Source: Planctomycetota bacterium (GTDB lineage Bacteria; Planctomycetota; GCA-002687715; CAIWVZ01). Taken from it: DNA of 64,000 bases. Shown piece by piece: positions 19,621 through 28,862 of this stretch. Each line of letters begins with the position of its first letter. Positions within the stretch are counted from its first letter, which is position 1. The notes under the pieces were generated by a model that did not search any database, was not told the origin of the DNA, and worked only from the letters and a program-made list of their open reading frames with translations. The DNA lies in the NCBI GenBank assembly GCA_044222185.1, contig JBGANV010000002.1:96001-160000 (forward strand), in the 5' to 3' direction. The position numbers and the translations under genes are program-made.

Positions 19621-20573
19621 GAGTCGTCTTCTGCGGGACGGGCGCCTTCGGACTGCCGGCGCTGCGCGCGCTGCGATCCGCGGGTTTCGCCATTCCGCTC
19701 GTCGTCACACAGCCCGACCGTCCGGCGGGACGCAAGCGAGAGTTGCAGGCCTCTCCCGTGAAAGTCGAGGCGCTCGCCGCGGGACTCGCCGTCTTCCAGC
19801 CCGAACGCATCAATCGCACCGAGGCGCTCGCCGAGATTTCCGCCGCGGCTCCGGACGTGCTCGTCGTCGTTTCGTACGGACAGATCCTGCGCCGCGCGGT
19901 TCTCGACCTGCCACCTCTCGGATGCGTGAACATTCACGGGTCACTGCTGCCGCGGCATCGCGGCGCGTCTCCCGTGCATGCGGCGATCCTCGCGGGAGAC
20001 ACCGAGACGGGCGTGACCGTGATGCGAATGGATGAGGGGCTCGACACCGGTCCCATGCTGCTTTGGGCCTCCGAGCCAGTGCGGCCCGACGACACGACGC
20101 CGTCGCTGCACGATCGCCTCGCCGAGCTCGGTGGGAGGTTGATCGTGCCGGCGCTGCGCGGCCTCGCCGACGGCACGCTTCGCCCGATCCCCCAGGACGA
20201 CGCACGCGCGACCCTTTGCCGGGTGATCGAAAAGGACGCCGGACGCATCGACTGGACGAAATCCGCGGACGAGATCGAGCGCGCGACCCGTGCCTACACG
20301 CCGTGGCCCGGCACCTCGGGGGTGTTGCTGCGCGCGGACGGTTCGCGCCTGGAGCTGGGAATCGTCGCGGCAAAGGCCGTCGAATCACGCGGCGATGGTG
20401 CCCCGCCGGGGCGGGTCGTCGGCACCGAAGGCGGCGCCTTGGACGTCGCCACGGGATCGGGACGACTGCGGATCCTGCACGTCAAACCTGCGGGCCGCGG
20501 TGCCATGGACGCAGGCGCGTTCTTGCGTGGATACCGCATCGCCGTCGGTGACGGATTCGTCGCGCACACGTAG
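19617..20573 (+). CDS. fmt: Methionyl-tRNA formyltransferase
   Basis: VVTQPDRPAGR, NIHGSLLPRHRGASP, MDEGLDTG; TTG start overlaps the upstream TGA. Confidence 0.95.
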   Translation: MRVVFCGTGAFGLPALRALRSAGFAIPLVVTQPDRPAGRKRELQASPVKVEALAAGLAVFQPERINRTEALAEISAAAPDVLVVVSYGQILRRAVLDLPPLGCVNIHGSLLPRHRGASPVHAAILAGDTETGVTVMRMDEGLDTGPMLLWASEPVRPDDTTPSLHDRLAELGGRLIVPALRGLADGTLRPIPQDDARATLCRVIEKDAGRIDWTKSADEIERATRAYTPWPGTSGVLLRADGSRLELGIVAAKAVESRGDGAPPGRVVGTEGGALDVATGSGRLRILHVKPAGRGAMDAGAFLRGYRIAVGDGFVAHT

Positions 20574-20584
20574 AACGACGGTCC

Positions 20585-21919
20585 ATGACCGCCGACACCA
20601 CGCGCCTCGCTGCCCTGCGCAGCCTCGTCCGCAACAAACCGGGACGTTCCGATCGCGAGGCCGCCGACCGCACGGCGCTCGATCACAACGCCCGCGAGCT
20701 CGTGGGCGGCGTGCGTCGGCACATGGCGACGATCGACGCCGTCGTCCAGCCGTTCGTGCACCAGCCGCTGGATCGCATCGAAGCCGAACTGCGGGAGGCG
20801 TTGCGCATCGGCGTCTGGGGTCTCCTCTTCGATCGACGGACGCCGCCTCCGCTCACCGTCGCGGCCGCCGTCGAGCTCGCGGGCCCCACGAAACGGCGCC
20901 GTGGATTCCTCAACGCCGTCTTGCGGAAGATCGCGGGCGAGCTCCGCTTCGAGCCCATGCCGTCCGAGCCGATCCGCGCTCGTGACACCATCATCGTCGA
21001 TGCGACGACCGTCGCCCGGCTTCCGACCCCCGTGCTCGCCGATCCGGCGATCGATCTGAAGGCCTACCTCGCCGCCCAGTACAGCGTGCCGCGGTGGTTC
21101 GCCGCCATGATGGAGCCGCTCCTCGGGGACGCCGTCGATGCGTTCCTCGCGAGCTGCAACCGGGCGATTCCGTTGGCTCTCCGGGTGAATCGTCTGCGCG
21201 CGACGCCGGACGAGGCCGCCGCGGCGCTGCGGAGCGCCGGGGTGGACGTCCTCCGCATTCTCGGCGACGTGATCGAAGTGCGCTTCGACGGGCAGATCAC
21301 CACGTGCTCGCCGTTCCGTGATGGACTGGTGACCGTCCAGGATCTGGTGGCGTCGGAGGTCGCGCCGTTCGTCGGTGCCGCCGAGGGCGAGCGCATCCTC
21401 GATCTGTGCGCGGGCGTGGGCGGCAAGTCACTCCACCTCGCCGAGGTCTCCGCCGGAAAGGCGACCGTCGTCGCCGCCGACACGAGCGCCGTCCAACTCG
21501 CCCGTCTGCAAGAGAACGTCACCCGGCTCCGCACGCCGAACGTGACGATCCTCCAGCTCGATGCGGGACCGGGCACGGAACTCGTCGGCCCCTTCGACCG
21601 CGTCCTGGTCGATGCCCCCTGCTCGAACAGCGGCGTACTGATGAAACGGATCGAGGCGCGATGGCGCCTGGATCCGGAGACCGTCGCCAAGCTCGGTGAA
21701 CTCCAGCTCGACCTCTTGAAGCGCGCGGCGCCGCTGGTGAAACCCGGCGGCATCCTCGTCTACTCCACGTGCAGCGTGCTGCGGCAGGAGAACGAGGCCG
21801 TCGTTCGCCGCTTCGTCACCGCCTATCCCGACTTCACGGTGGAGGCCACCCAGCTCCGCTTCCCCCACGTCACGACCCGCGACGGCGGCTTCATGGCGCG
21901 GTTGGTGAAGAAGGCCTGA
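20585..21919 (+). CDS. rsmB: 16S rRNA m5C967 methyltransferase (NusB-like N-terminal domain)
   Basis: LDLCAGVGGKS, VLVDAPCSNSG, VYSTCSV, DGGFMARL; follows fmt. Confidence 0.9.
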   Translation: MTADTTRLAALRSLVRNKPGRSDREAADRTALDHNARELVGGVRRHMATIDAVVQPFVHQPLDRIEAELREALRIGVWGLLFDRRTPPPLTVAAAVELAGPTKRRRGFLNAVLRKIAGELRFEPMPSEPIRARDTIIVDATTVARLPTPVLADPAIDLKAYLAAQYSVPRWFAAMMEPLLGDAVDAFLASCNRAIPLALRVNRLRATPDEAAAALRSAGVDVLRILGDVIEVRFDGQITTCSPFRDGLVTVQDLVASEVAPFVGAAEGERILDLCAGVGGKSLHLAEVSAGKATVVAADTSAVQLARLQENVTRLRTPNVTILQLDAGPGTELVGPFDRVLVDAPCSNSGVLMKRIEARWRLDPETVAKLGELQLDLLKRAAPLVKPGGILVYSTCSVLRQENEAVVRRFVTAYPDFTVEATQLRFPHVTTRDGGFMARLVKKA

Positions 21920-21957
21920 TCGCGCGCCGAGCCTCGCGGACCGACGCGCGCGAAGCC

Positions 21958-24417
21958 TCACCGTCGAACGAACGGGTTGCGGACGGAGAAGGGGACGTGC
22001 GTCGAGCCGCGGGTCGCGACGCCTTCGAGGAATTCCGCCGAGTCCCAATCGGCAGACACCAGCACGACACGGACGGATGACCCCAACGCACCCGCCTCGG
22101 AGCCGATGCCACCGCGCTCTGACTGACTGCGAAATTGGAGGTGCCCGTCGGGCGTGCGCCGGATGGAGAGATAGAGGAACGGCCACAGCGTTCCGCCCTG
22201 ATCATCGGACGCCTGAAGGACGGCTATCCGCCAACTGCCGTCCCACTCCTGATCGAGGTCCAGCATGGATGAACCGGCATGAACGCGAGGCGGGCCCAGC
22301 TCGGCCGAAGCGTCGACCACGATGGACTGCCACGCGCCTCGATCGGGATCACGCCCTGCTATCACGTCGAGCGTGCGATCGAGCTCGAGTCGAAGCCAGG
22401 ACTGCGCCGGCTCCTCGTGCGCCATTTCACGGAGGTCCGGCAGTGCTTCCTCCGCGTCCGGCCCGATCTTGCGAAGTGCCGTGAGAATCGCCCGCGTAGG
22501 CGGTTCGCGGTAGCTGGTCGTCACCGATCGGCGCAGCTCCACGTCGAGGGGATGGAGGCCTGAGTCGCCGGGTTCCCCGCGGGATTCCGCCCGTTCCCAG
22601 TCGCGACGAGTTGCGAGCACCTCGCTGCGCAGCATCGCGACCAGCGTAGGCACGGCAGCCTTGGCGGAAGGACCCAAGCCCCCGAGCGCGCGGATGACGG
22701 GGTCGCGCAGCGGAAGGAACTCCGACCGAAGCGCGACGCGAAGTGCCGGAAGCGCCGCTCCCGCCGCGCGCCCGAGTCTGCGGATGCGGATCGCCGCAAG
22801 CACGGCGTCAGCGGACCTGGTGTCGCGCTCGATCGTGGCCGCGAGGGTCGCCGGATCGACGTTCCAACCTTTGTCGATCCCTTCGATGGCCGAACACGCG
22901 ACCTCCGCCATGCGAGCGTCAGCGTCGACGAGGATCGGCACGAGGCATTCGACGGCGGCGCCAGCCGCAGTCCCCATGGCCTGGAGCGCGTAGATGGCGG
23001 GCTCTCTCGATTCGGCATTCGACCGAACGAGCTCGATGAGCGCGGGCACGGCGGCCGCGGCCTTGGGGCCAATCCGGCCGACAGCTCGGATGGCGCTCTC
23101 TCGAACCGGTCCATCGCCGCTCGACGCGAGATGCACCATCCTCGCGATCACGGCTGGGTCTTCCCGACCCGTCAGGAGAAGCCTGTCGATCATGGCGAGG
23201 CGCAGCCCCGGCTCTCTGCGCTCGAGCAGGCGCAGGCAGAGCCGGAGGAACTCCTCCCTGGGGGCGATGCGAGCGACCGCGTCCACGAGATCGAAGTACG
23301 GCGAGCTCGGGGAATCCCAGGGCTCACCCCACGATCGCGCGGCACTTGCGTCGTGCGAGTCGGCGACGAAGGGTTCGCGGGAGGTAACGGCGATCAGCTC
23401 GGGCAGAACGGCGCGCGCCCGGACGCCGAATCCGGCCAGTTCGGTCGCGGCTGCCGCGCGCGTGAGGGGTGACGAATCCGAGAGATACGCCGCAAGGAGC
23501 GGAATGGCGATCCGACCGCTCGGGTCGATCCAACCCATCAGCGTGAGCGGAACGCGATTTCCACGCGCAACGGCCGCGGCCACGATCTTCGTGACGAGCG
23601 AACGACTGACGTCGCCCGCGCCATCGATCGCCACGACGGTGGCGAGAGCGCGCAACGACCACGGTCGATCGCGCGAGGACTGGGCGACCAAGGCAGGTAG
23701 CGCGGGTTCGGCGATCCGGCCCAACGCGGTCAGTGCGGCGAGCGCCGGTTCGCACGAGTTCCAATCGTCTTCGTCCAAGAGCTGCGCGAGCGCGGGGATC
23801 GCCGGCGCTGCCAGGTCGCCCATGGTGCCGATCGCGTAGCACGCCCCCATCCGCGTCTGGACGTCCGCGTCGGTGAGTGCACGAACGAGCACCGGCACCC
23901 AGGCGGGGGAGTCTGGCCCGATCCGCGCCGCGGCCCAGATCGCCGTCGATCGCGGTTGGATGCGGTCCGCGATGATGGCGTCGAACAGCTGGGGCAGCGA
24001 CGGGCGCGCGAATGGTCCGAGGCGCCCCAGCGCACTGCTGCAGATGCGCCGCACGTCGGCGTCCGGGGCGCGGAGTCCATCCGTGAGCGCCGGGAGGGTG
24101 GCTGCGGCGACGTCCTGCATCCGACCCAGGCGACCCGACAAGCGTTCGAACGCCGTGTCGAGGGCCTCGAGCGCCACGACGTCGCCTGATTTCATCCGAT
24201 CGAGGAGAGTCACCAGGGCCTCGCGGGATGAAACGTCGTCGGGGCGAAGCTGCTCGGCCGTCCGCAGCCGCGTCACCGCCGAAGGATCGCAGAGCCCCCG
24301 AACCAGCGCGGATTCGATGCTCGATGTCGGTCGTGAGGCAGGGGCGGACTCAGACTGCGCGAGCGTCAGCGACGCGAGGGTCAGGGACACCGTGGCGAAT
24401 CCAAGTCTCGACACCAT
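21958..24417 (-). CDS. Exported HEAT/PBS-lyase repeat protein
   Basis: Signal-like N-terminus and many repeats of the type ALGxIGPxAxxAVPAL; start uncertain (24417 or 24429). Confidence 0.75.
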   Translation of the reverse strand: MVSRLGFATVSLTLASLTLAQSESAPASRPTSSIESALVRGLCDPSAVTRLRTAEQLRPDDVSSREALVTLLDRMKSGDVVALEALDTAFERLSGRLGRMQDVAAATLPALTDGLRAPDADVRRICSSALGRLGPFARPSLPQLFDAIIADRIQPRSTAIWAAARIGPDSPAWVPVLVRALTDADVQTRMGACYAIGTMGDLAAPAIPALAQLLDEDDWNSCEPALAALTALGRIAEPALPALVAQSSRDRPWSLRALATVVAIDGAGDVSRSLVTKIVAAAVARGNRVPLTLMGWIDPSGRIAIPLLAAYLSDSSPLTRAAAATELAGFGVRARAVLPELIAVTSREPFVADSHDASAARSWGEPWDSPSSPYFDLVDAVARIAPREEFLRLCLRLLERREPGLRLAMIDRLLLTGREDPAVIARMVHLASSGDGPVRESAIRAVGRIGPKAAAAVPALIELVRSNAESREPAIYALQAMGTAAGAAVECLVPILVDADARMAEVACSAIEGIDKGWNVDPATLAATIERDTRSADAVLAAIRIRRLGRAAGAALPALRVALRSEFLPLRDPVIRALGGLGPSAKAAVPTLVAMLRSEVLATRRDWERAESRGEPGDSGLHPLDVELRRSVTTSYREPPTRAILTALRKIGPDAEEALPDLREMAHEEPAQSWLRLELDRTLDVIAGRDPDRGAWQSIVVDASAELGPPRVHAGSSMLDLDQEWDGSWRIAVLQASDDQGGTLWPFLYLSIRRTPDGHLQFRSQSERGGIGSEAGALGSSVRVVLVSADWDSAEFLEGVATRGSTHVPFSVRNPFVRR

Positions 24418-24550
24418 GAGGAAGGGCACAGCATACCCCGAGCGAGCGCGGGTTTGGCACGATCACGACCCGCGCTCGGAAATCGGCGACGCGTCGCGGC
24501 GCCACGACGCCTGGTCGATGCCGGGCCGTCGCGCGCCCCCGCCGCGCGCT

Positions 24551-25342
24551 TCACTCCGTCGTGCACGCGGTGCCGTCGAGGGCGACGACGGGCGCGCGAT
24601 GCGGCAGCCAGAGGTCGAGGAGGATCAGCAGCGAGGCGAGCACCAATCCACCGGCGAACGCGGCGCCGGAGAGGATCAGGAGCCAGATCATTCCGGCCGA
24701 CTGCCGCGTGAGCCACCACGACGCGAAGTCGAGGAAGAGTCCGAGACCCACGGCAAGCGAGACGAGACTACGCAGCCGACTCGACCAGCGCGTGAACCAC
24801 AAGAGCGCGACGACCACCACGCCCAGCGGGGCGAGCGCGAGCGCGTGCGTGTGCGCCGAGGCCACCACGATCTTGGCCGGCACGGGATCGATCTGGCGCG
24901 CGAATGCGACCTTCTTCACGTCGTCGAAGAACTCGAGCGGGATGCGCTCGCCGATGTGCGAGGGATCCGTCGACTTGCGGCCGTGACACGAGACGCAGTT
25001 CTTCGCGAGGATCTCGGCGGGGACGCGCGCCCCCTGGTCCGGGTCGTCGTACTGCTCGGAGACCTTCGTCCCCTTGAGCCACTTGACGAGATGCTCGCGA
25101 TCGGCAGCGGGCAGCGCCTCCGGGTGACCGCGCTCGAGGGCGGAGACGAGCGGCGCCGGCACGTTGACGCCGTGGTAGGCGCCGACCAGATCATCCAGCG
25201 AGACGCCGGGCCGGTCGTCGCGATTCTCGTGATGATCCTCCAGGTGGATCATCGCCGATGCGATCCCGATGAGCATGACGCCGAGAAGCGCCGTGAGGCT
25301 CAGACGCACGCCGGCCGGCAGCTCGCGGAGGTGGAACGTCAC
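24551..25342 (-). CDS. Polytopic membrane protein with one c-type heme motif
   Basis: Last 263 aa of the 24551..26488 ORF; GTG start overlaps the Gfo stop. N-terminal TM, soluble loop with CVSCH, then SAHTH and three or four TM helices. Confidence 0.75.
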   Translation of the reverse strand: MTFHLRELPAGVRLSLTALLGVMLIGIASAMIHLEDHHENRDDRPGVSLDDLVGAYHGVNVPAPLVSALERGHPEALPAADREHLVKWLKGTKVSEQYDDPDQGARVPAEILAKNCVSCHGRKSTDPSHIGERIPLEFFDDVKKVAFARQIDPVPAKIVVASAHTHALALAPLGVVVVALLWFTRWSSRLRSLVSLAVGLGLFLDFASWWLTRQSAGMIWLLILSGAAFAGGLVLASLLILLDLWLPHRAPVVALDGTACTTE

Positions 25343-26568
25343 TTCCCGCTCTCCTTGAACAGCGCGGGATCGATCGCCTCCTCCTTGCCGCTCGCGAGCG
25401 CCCGCTGCGCGTGAAGGGCGACGACGTTCGCGCGAAAACCGTCCTGCGCCGAACACACGACGGGCTTCTGCTCGAGGGCCGACTTGAGGAAGTCGGTGAT
25501 GGCGAAATAGAGCGGCGTCTCCGGAAGGCCCACGCCTTCCTTCAGCTTGTTCTGCGCCGCGAGCTTCGTGGCGTCGGCGATGAGCGTGATGCCCTGCTCG
25601 GAGTGGAACGGCTCGCGATTGGCGTAGACCTCCCAGCCCTGCGTCGGAGCATCGGCCTCCTTGAAGAGCCAGCCCGCATTCCACGCGAGCTTGATGGCAC
25701 CCATCTCGCCGTGGAACAGCTCGTACGTCCCGTCGAAGGAGTTGCCGAGCGTCGCCGCATACTGCATGCGCAGCCCATCGGCGAATGCGAACTCGCACGA
25801 GACCGTGTCGGGAACGGTGCGGCCATCCTTGTGCAGCCGGATGCTGCCGTTGGCGCGGACGGAGGTGGGGTACGCGTTGATGAACCAATGAACGACGTCG
25901 AATTGGTGGATGCCCCACTCGCCCAGGAGCCCCAGCGACACCTTCTCGTCGAGGCGCCAGTTGGCCTCCGCATCGTCGGCATTGGCGGACGGAGATCGCC
26001 ACGTCGTCTTCTTGTGCGCCTGGGCACGCACGCTCGCGATGTCGCGAATGGCGCCGGCGCGGGCGAAGGATCGGGCCAGTCCGTAGATGGGGTTCGAGCG
26101 GCCCTGCATGCCGGTGTGGAAGACGGTCTTCGCACCGCGGGCCGCGGCCATGATCGCCGTGAGGTCCTCCATCGAGGACGCGAGCGGCGCTTCGCAGAAG
26201 ACGTGCTTGCCCGCGGCGAGTGCGTCGACGCAGATCTCCTTGTGGCGATGCGTGGGCGTCGCGACGAAGACGGCGGTGACTCCCGTCGCCTTGTCGAGGA
26301 GTTCCTTGTGGGTTGCGAATCCCACGGCGTCCTTCGCGCGGCGGATGCCCGACTCGAGGCGACCCGCGTTGGTGTCGCAGAGGGCCGCGACCTTCACGTT
26401 GGGCATCTTCTGCAGCTCGGTGACGATGGCGCGCCCTTGCCGGCCGGTTCCAATGACGGCGACGGACGCGGGATCGCGCGGTTTCCACGTGAGCGATGGG
26501 CGGTCGATCTCGGGGATGATCGCGAGCGCGGCGGCGGCGCGCAGGAAGTCACGACGGCTCTGGGTCAT
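25339..26568 (-). CDS. Gfo/Idh/MocA oxidoreductase with twin-arginine motif
   Basis: SRRDFLR, VIGTGRQG, VATPTHRH, KHVFCEAP, EWGIHQFD. Confidence 0.9.
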   Translation of the reverse strand: MTQSRRDFLRAAAALAIIPEIDRPSLTWKPRDPASVAVIGTGRQGRAIVTELQKMPNVKVAALCDTNAGRLESGIRRAKDAVGFATHKELLDKATGVTAVFVATPTHRHKEICVDALAAGKHVFCEAPLASSMEDLTAIMAAARGAKTVFHTGMQGRSNPIYGLARSFARAGAIRDIASVRAQAHKKTTWRSPSANADDAEANWRLDEKVSLGLLGEWGIHQFDVVHWFINAYPTSVRANGSIRLHKDGRTVPDTVSCEFAFADGLRMQYAATLGNSFDGTYELFHGEMGAIKLAWNAGWLFKEADAPTQGWEVYANREPFHSEQGITLIADATKLAAQNKLKEGVGLPETPLYFAITDFLKSALEQKPVVCSAQDGFRANVVALHAQRALASGKEEAIDPALFKESGK

Positions 26569-27469
26569 GGACGGGCTCCGGTGGGAAGGCGGAGTGTACG
26601 ACGCCTTTCGGAAGATCCGACCACGTGCGGCGACCGCGTTCGCCGACTCCCAGGAATCCGGACAATCCGGACGGCAGGATCCGCGGGTCGAACGTCACGA
26701 GGAGCGCCGTCGACCAGGCGTCGGCGAGCATGCCCGTGGGCGCGAGGGTCGCTGCAAGGCCGTCCGGGCGCGCGCTCACGCCGGTCCGGGGGTCGAGGAC
26801 GTGGCCGGCACCTTCGACGTTGACTCGCCCATGGGACGCCGAAACGGAGAGCGCCGAGTCGCGGAGAGTCACCAGCGGCGCGGCGACGCCGCCCTCGACG
26901 GCCACGATCCACCCCGTCGACCCCGCGGGCGCCCCGATTGCGACGACGGTGCTCGTTCCCCCGTGGAGCAACGCCCGGCAAATGCCGCTCTGCCTGAGTG
27001 TCGCCGCCGCGAGGTCCAGGGCGAATCCCTTGGCAACGGCGCCGAGGTCCAACGACACATCACGACGCAGGAGGCGGATCGAACGCGCGCCGTCATCCAA
27101 GGCGTAGGCCTCCGTCGATGCCGGTTGCGTCGGGCTCGACGCCGCGCCGCTGGGTTCGCCGCGAAATCCGCGCGCGCGCATGAGGTGTCCCACGTCGATG
27201 TCGAATGCGCCACCCGATCGCCGGCGAACGTCAGCGCAGAGTCGAAATAGCTCGAACGTATCTGCGTCGAGCCGGACCTCGGTTCCGATTTCGGCTCGGG
27301 CGAGATGCCCGAGAAGGCTCTCGCGTCGGAAACAACTGAGTTGTCGCTCGCACTCCTCGATCTCAGCCAACGCGGCTTCGCCGGCCGCTCGCAGCTGCGG
27401 TTCCTCGTCGCCCTCGATCAGGATCTCGAAGCGCGTCGCCATGGCGTTCAGCGCGAGTCGGACGGTCAT
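26549..27469 (-). CDS. apbE: FAD:protein FMN transferase (ApbE family), no signal peptide visible
   Basis: AMATRF, GAFDI, LDLGAVAKGFALD, GHVLDPRTG, ADAWSTAL; alternative start at 27493. Confidence 0.88.
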   Translation of the reverse strand: MTVRLALNAMATRFEILIEGDEEPQLRAAGEAALAEIEECERQLSCFRRESLLGHLARAEIGTEVRLDADTFELFRLCADVRRRSGGAFDIDVGHLMRARGFRGEPSGAASSPTQPASTEAYALDDGARSIRLLRRDVSLDLGAVAKGFALDLAAATLRQSGICRALLHGGTSTVVAIGAPAGSTGWIVAVEGGVAAPLVTLRDSALSVSASHGRVNVEGAGHVLDPRTGVSARPDGLAATLAPTGMLADAWSTALLVTFDPRILPSGLSGFLGVGERGRRTWSDLPKGVVHSAFPPEPVHDPEPS

Positions 27470-27506
27470 GTCCGACTCTGCCGCCCATCGCATCGCCCGG
27501 CAACCC

Positions 27507-27680
27507 GGCGCGCCGCGCTCCAGCGCGGCTGGAACGGCAGGGCTCGGACCTGCCGAGATCGTCGGGTGGATCGGCGTCGACTACGGCCGGCGCGCATGCG
27601 TCATCGCGCGAGCTATCGCCTCGTCACGCGCCAGGCCGGGCAGAGCCCGGCCATCCGGCCACGCTGGTGCGTGGCGCTCC
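27507..27680. repeat. REP doublet (REPIN-like) downstream of the RAYT
   Basis: Forward REP ggcg-c-gccgcgct-cc-agcgcggc (27507-27529) and inverted REP (27658-27680), with internal hairpins ggcagg..cctgcc and ggccggg..cccggcc. Confidence 0.88.
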
Positions 27681-27695
27681 TGGTATTAGACGGAC

Positions 27696-28301
27696 TCAGG
27701 TGGCAACGTCGCGAGCGGCGCGACGGCGCGAAGCACTCGACCACGGCCACTCCCAGGCAAGTCGACACAGCCCCGCCTTCACCGGATTTGCTTCCGTGTA
27801 TGCGACGGCGCGCGCAATTTCGTCCTCGGTCCGGAGTTCGCGATCGAAATACTCGCGCTGCCAGAAGCGGCCGGTTTGCCCGAGCACACGGTTCGCCGCT
27901 CGGCCGCTGAAGGCCTTCCAGCTCGCGACGACATCGCGAATGTTCGCGCCTTCGATCAACTCGACCACGGCATGAACGTGATTCGGCATGACGACCCAGG
28001 CTCGGAGCCGGTATCGACGATCGTCGAAGTAGAGCAGCGCTGCCTGTACCTGGTCGGCAACCGCCGGGGTTCTCAGAGAACACGCGCCGAGCCCGGTATC
28101 GAGGGTCTTCTCGAGCGCGTGTCGCATGTGGATCCTCAACACGAGGGCGCGCGCCGGATCGCGAGCCGCGTCCACGCGACGTTGCCATTCGACGAAGAAC
28201 TCGGCGGGCAAGCTGTCCGCAAGCCGAAACGTCACGAACTGCCACCGCGGCAACAACCGATGCGGGAGGTACCCCCGCGATGCAAACGGCACGGGCATCA
28301 T
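27696..28301 (-). mobile_element. rayT: REP-associated tyrosine transposase (RAYT/TnpA-REP, IS200/IS605 Y1 HUH family)
   Basis: GYLPH, FVTFRLADSLP, WVVMPNHVH (HUH), WKAFS, FWQREYFDR, YTEANPVKAGL (catalytic Tyr), WPWSS; GGAGG RBS; REPs on both sides. Confidence 0.92.
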
Positions 28302-28382
28302 CAGACCTCCGGCTGGTAGACGCTGCCATTCGCCAAATGACCAGCCCGCGGTCGAAATTCGGTCGTTCGTGTCGTCGTTCTC

Positions 28383-28753
28383 GGAGCGCTGCGCTCGCCT
28401 GCGGTGGGAACGGTGGGGGTCGGGCCTGCCGGGGATCACGGATGCTTGAAGACACGCGCGCAACGCGAGCTATCGCCTCGTCACGCGCCCGGCCGGGCGG
28501 AGCCCGGCCATCCAGCCACGCTTGAGCGTGGCGCTCCTCGAACATCGCGGGTCATGCCGCCGGGGCGCTGGGCTCCAGCGCGGCTGGAACGGCAGGGCTC
28601 GGCCCTGCAGAGATCGTCGGGCGGATCGGCTTCGACGACGGCAGGTGCGGCTTGTCGTCGCGTTTCGCGCGCATGGTCGTGCGAGCTATCGCCTCGTTAC
28701 GCGCCCGGCCGGGCGGAGCCCGCCCATCCGGCCACGCTGGTGCGTGGCGCTCC
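28383..28753. repeat. Two further REP doublets upstream of the RAYT (28383-28537 and 28562-28753)
   Basis: A ~73-bp block gcgagctatcgcctcgt...gtggcgctcc recurs at about 27607-27680, 28464-28537 and 28681-28753. Forward arms at 28383 and 28562 are degenerate. Confidence 0.87.
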
Positions 28754-28862
28754 GGGAGCAAAAGGGGCGAGAAACGGCCGCAACGAGGCTGGTTTTTTTG
28801 AAGGACTCGACGAACTGGGAGGAGTGGGCACTTTGCTACAAGGGCGCGTGACTAGCGAACCC

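Noticed and set aside
28404-28862. N-terminal 153-aa extension of the sulfatase-like ORF
   Set aside because: Runs through the REP doublets and is low-complexity; the real start is more plausibly ATG 28863.
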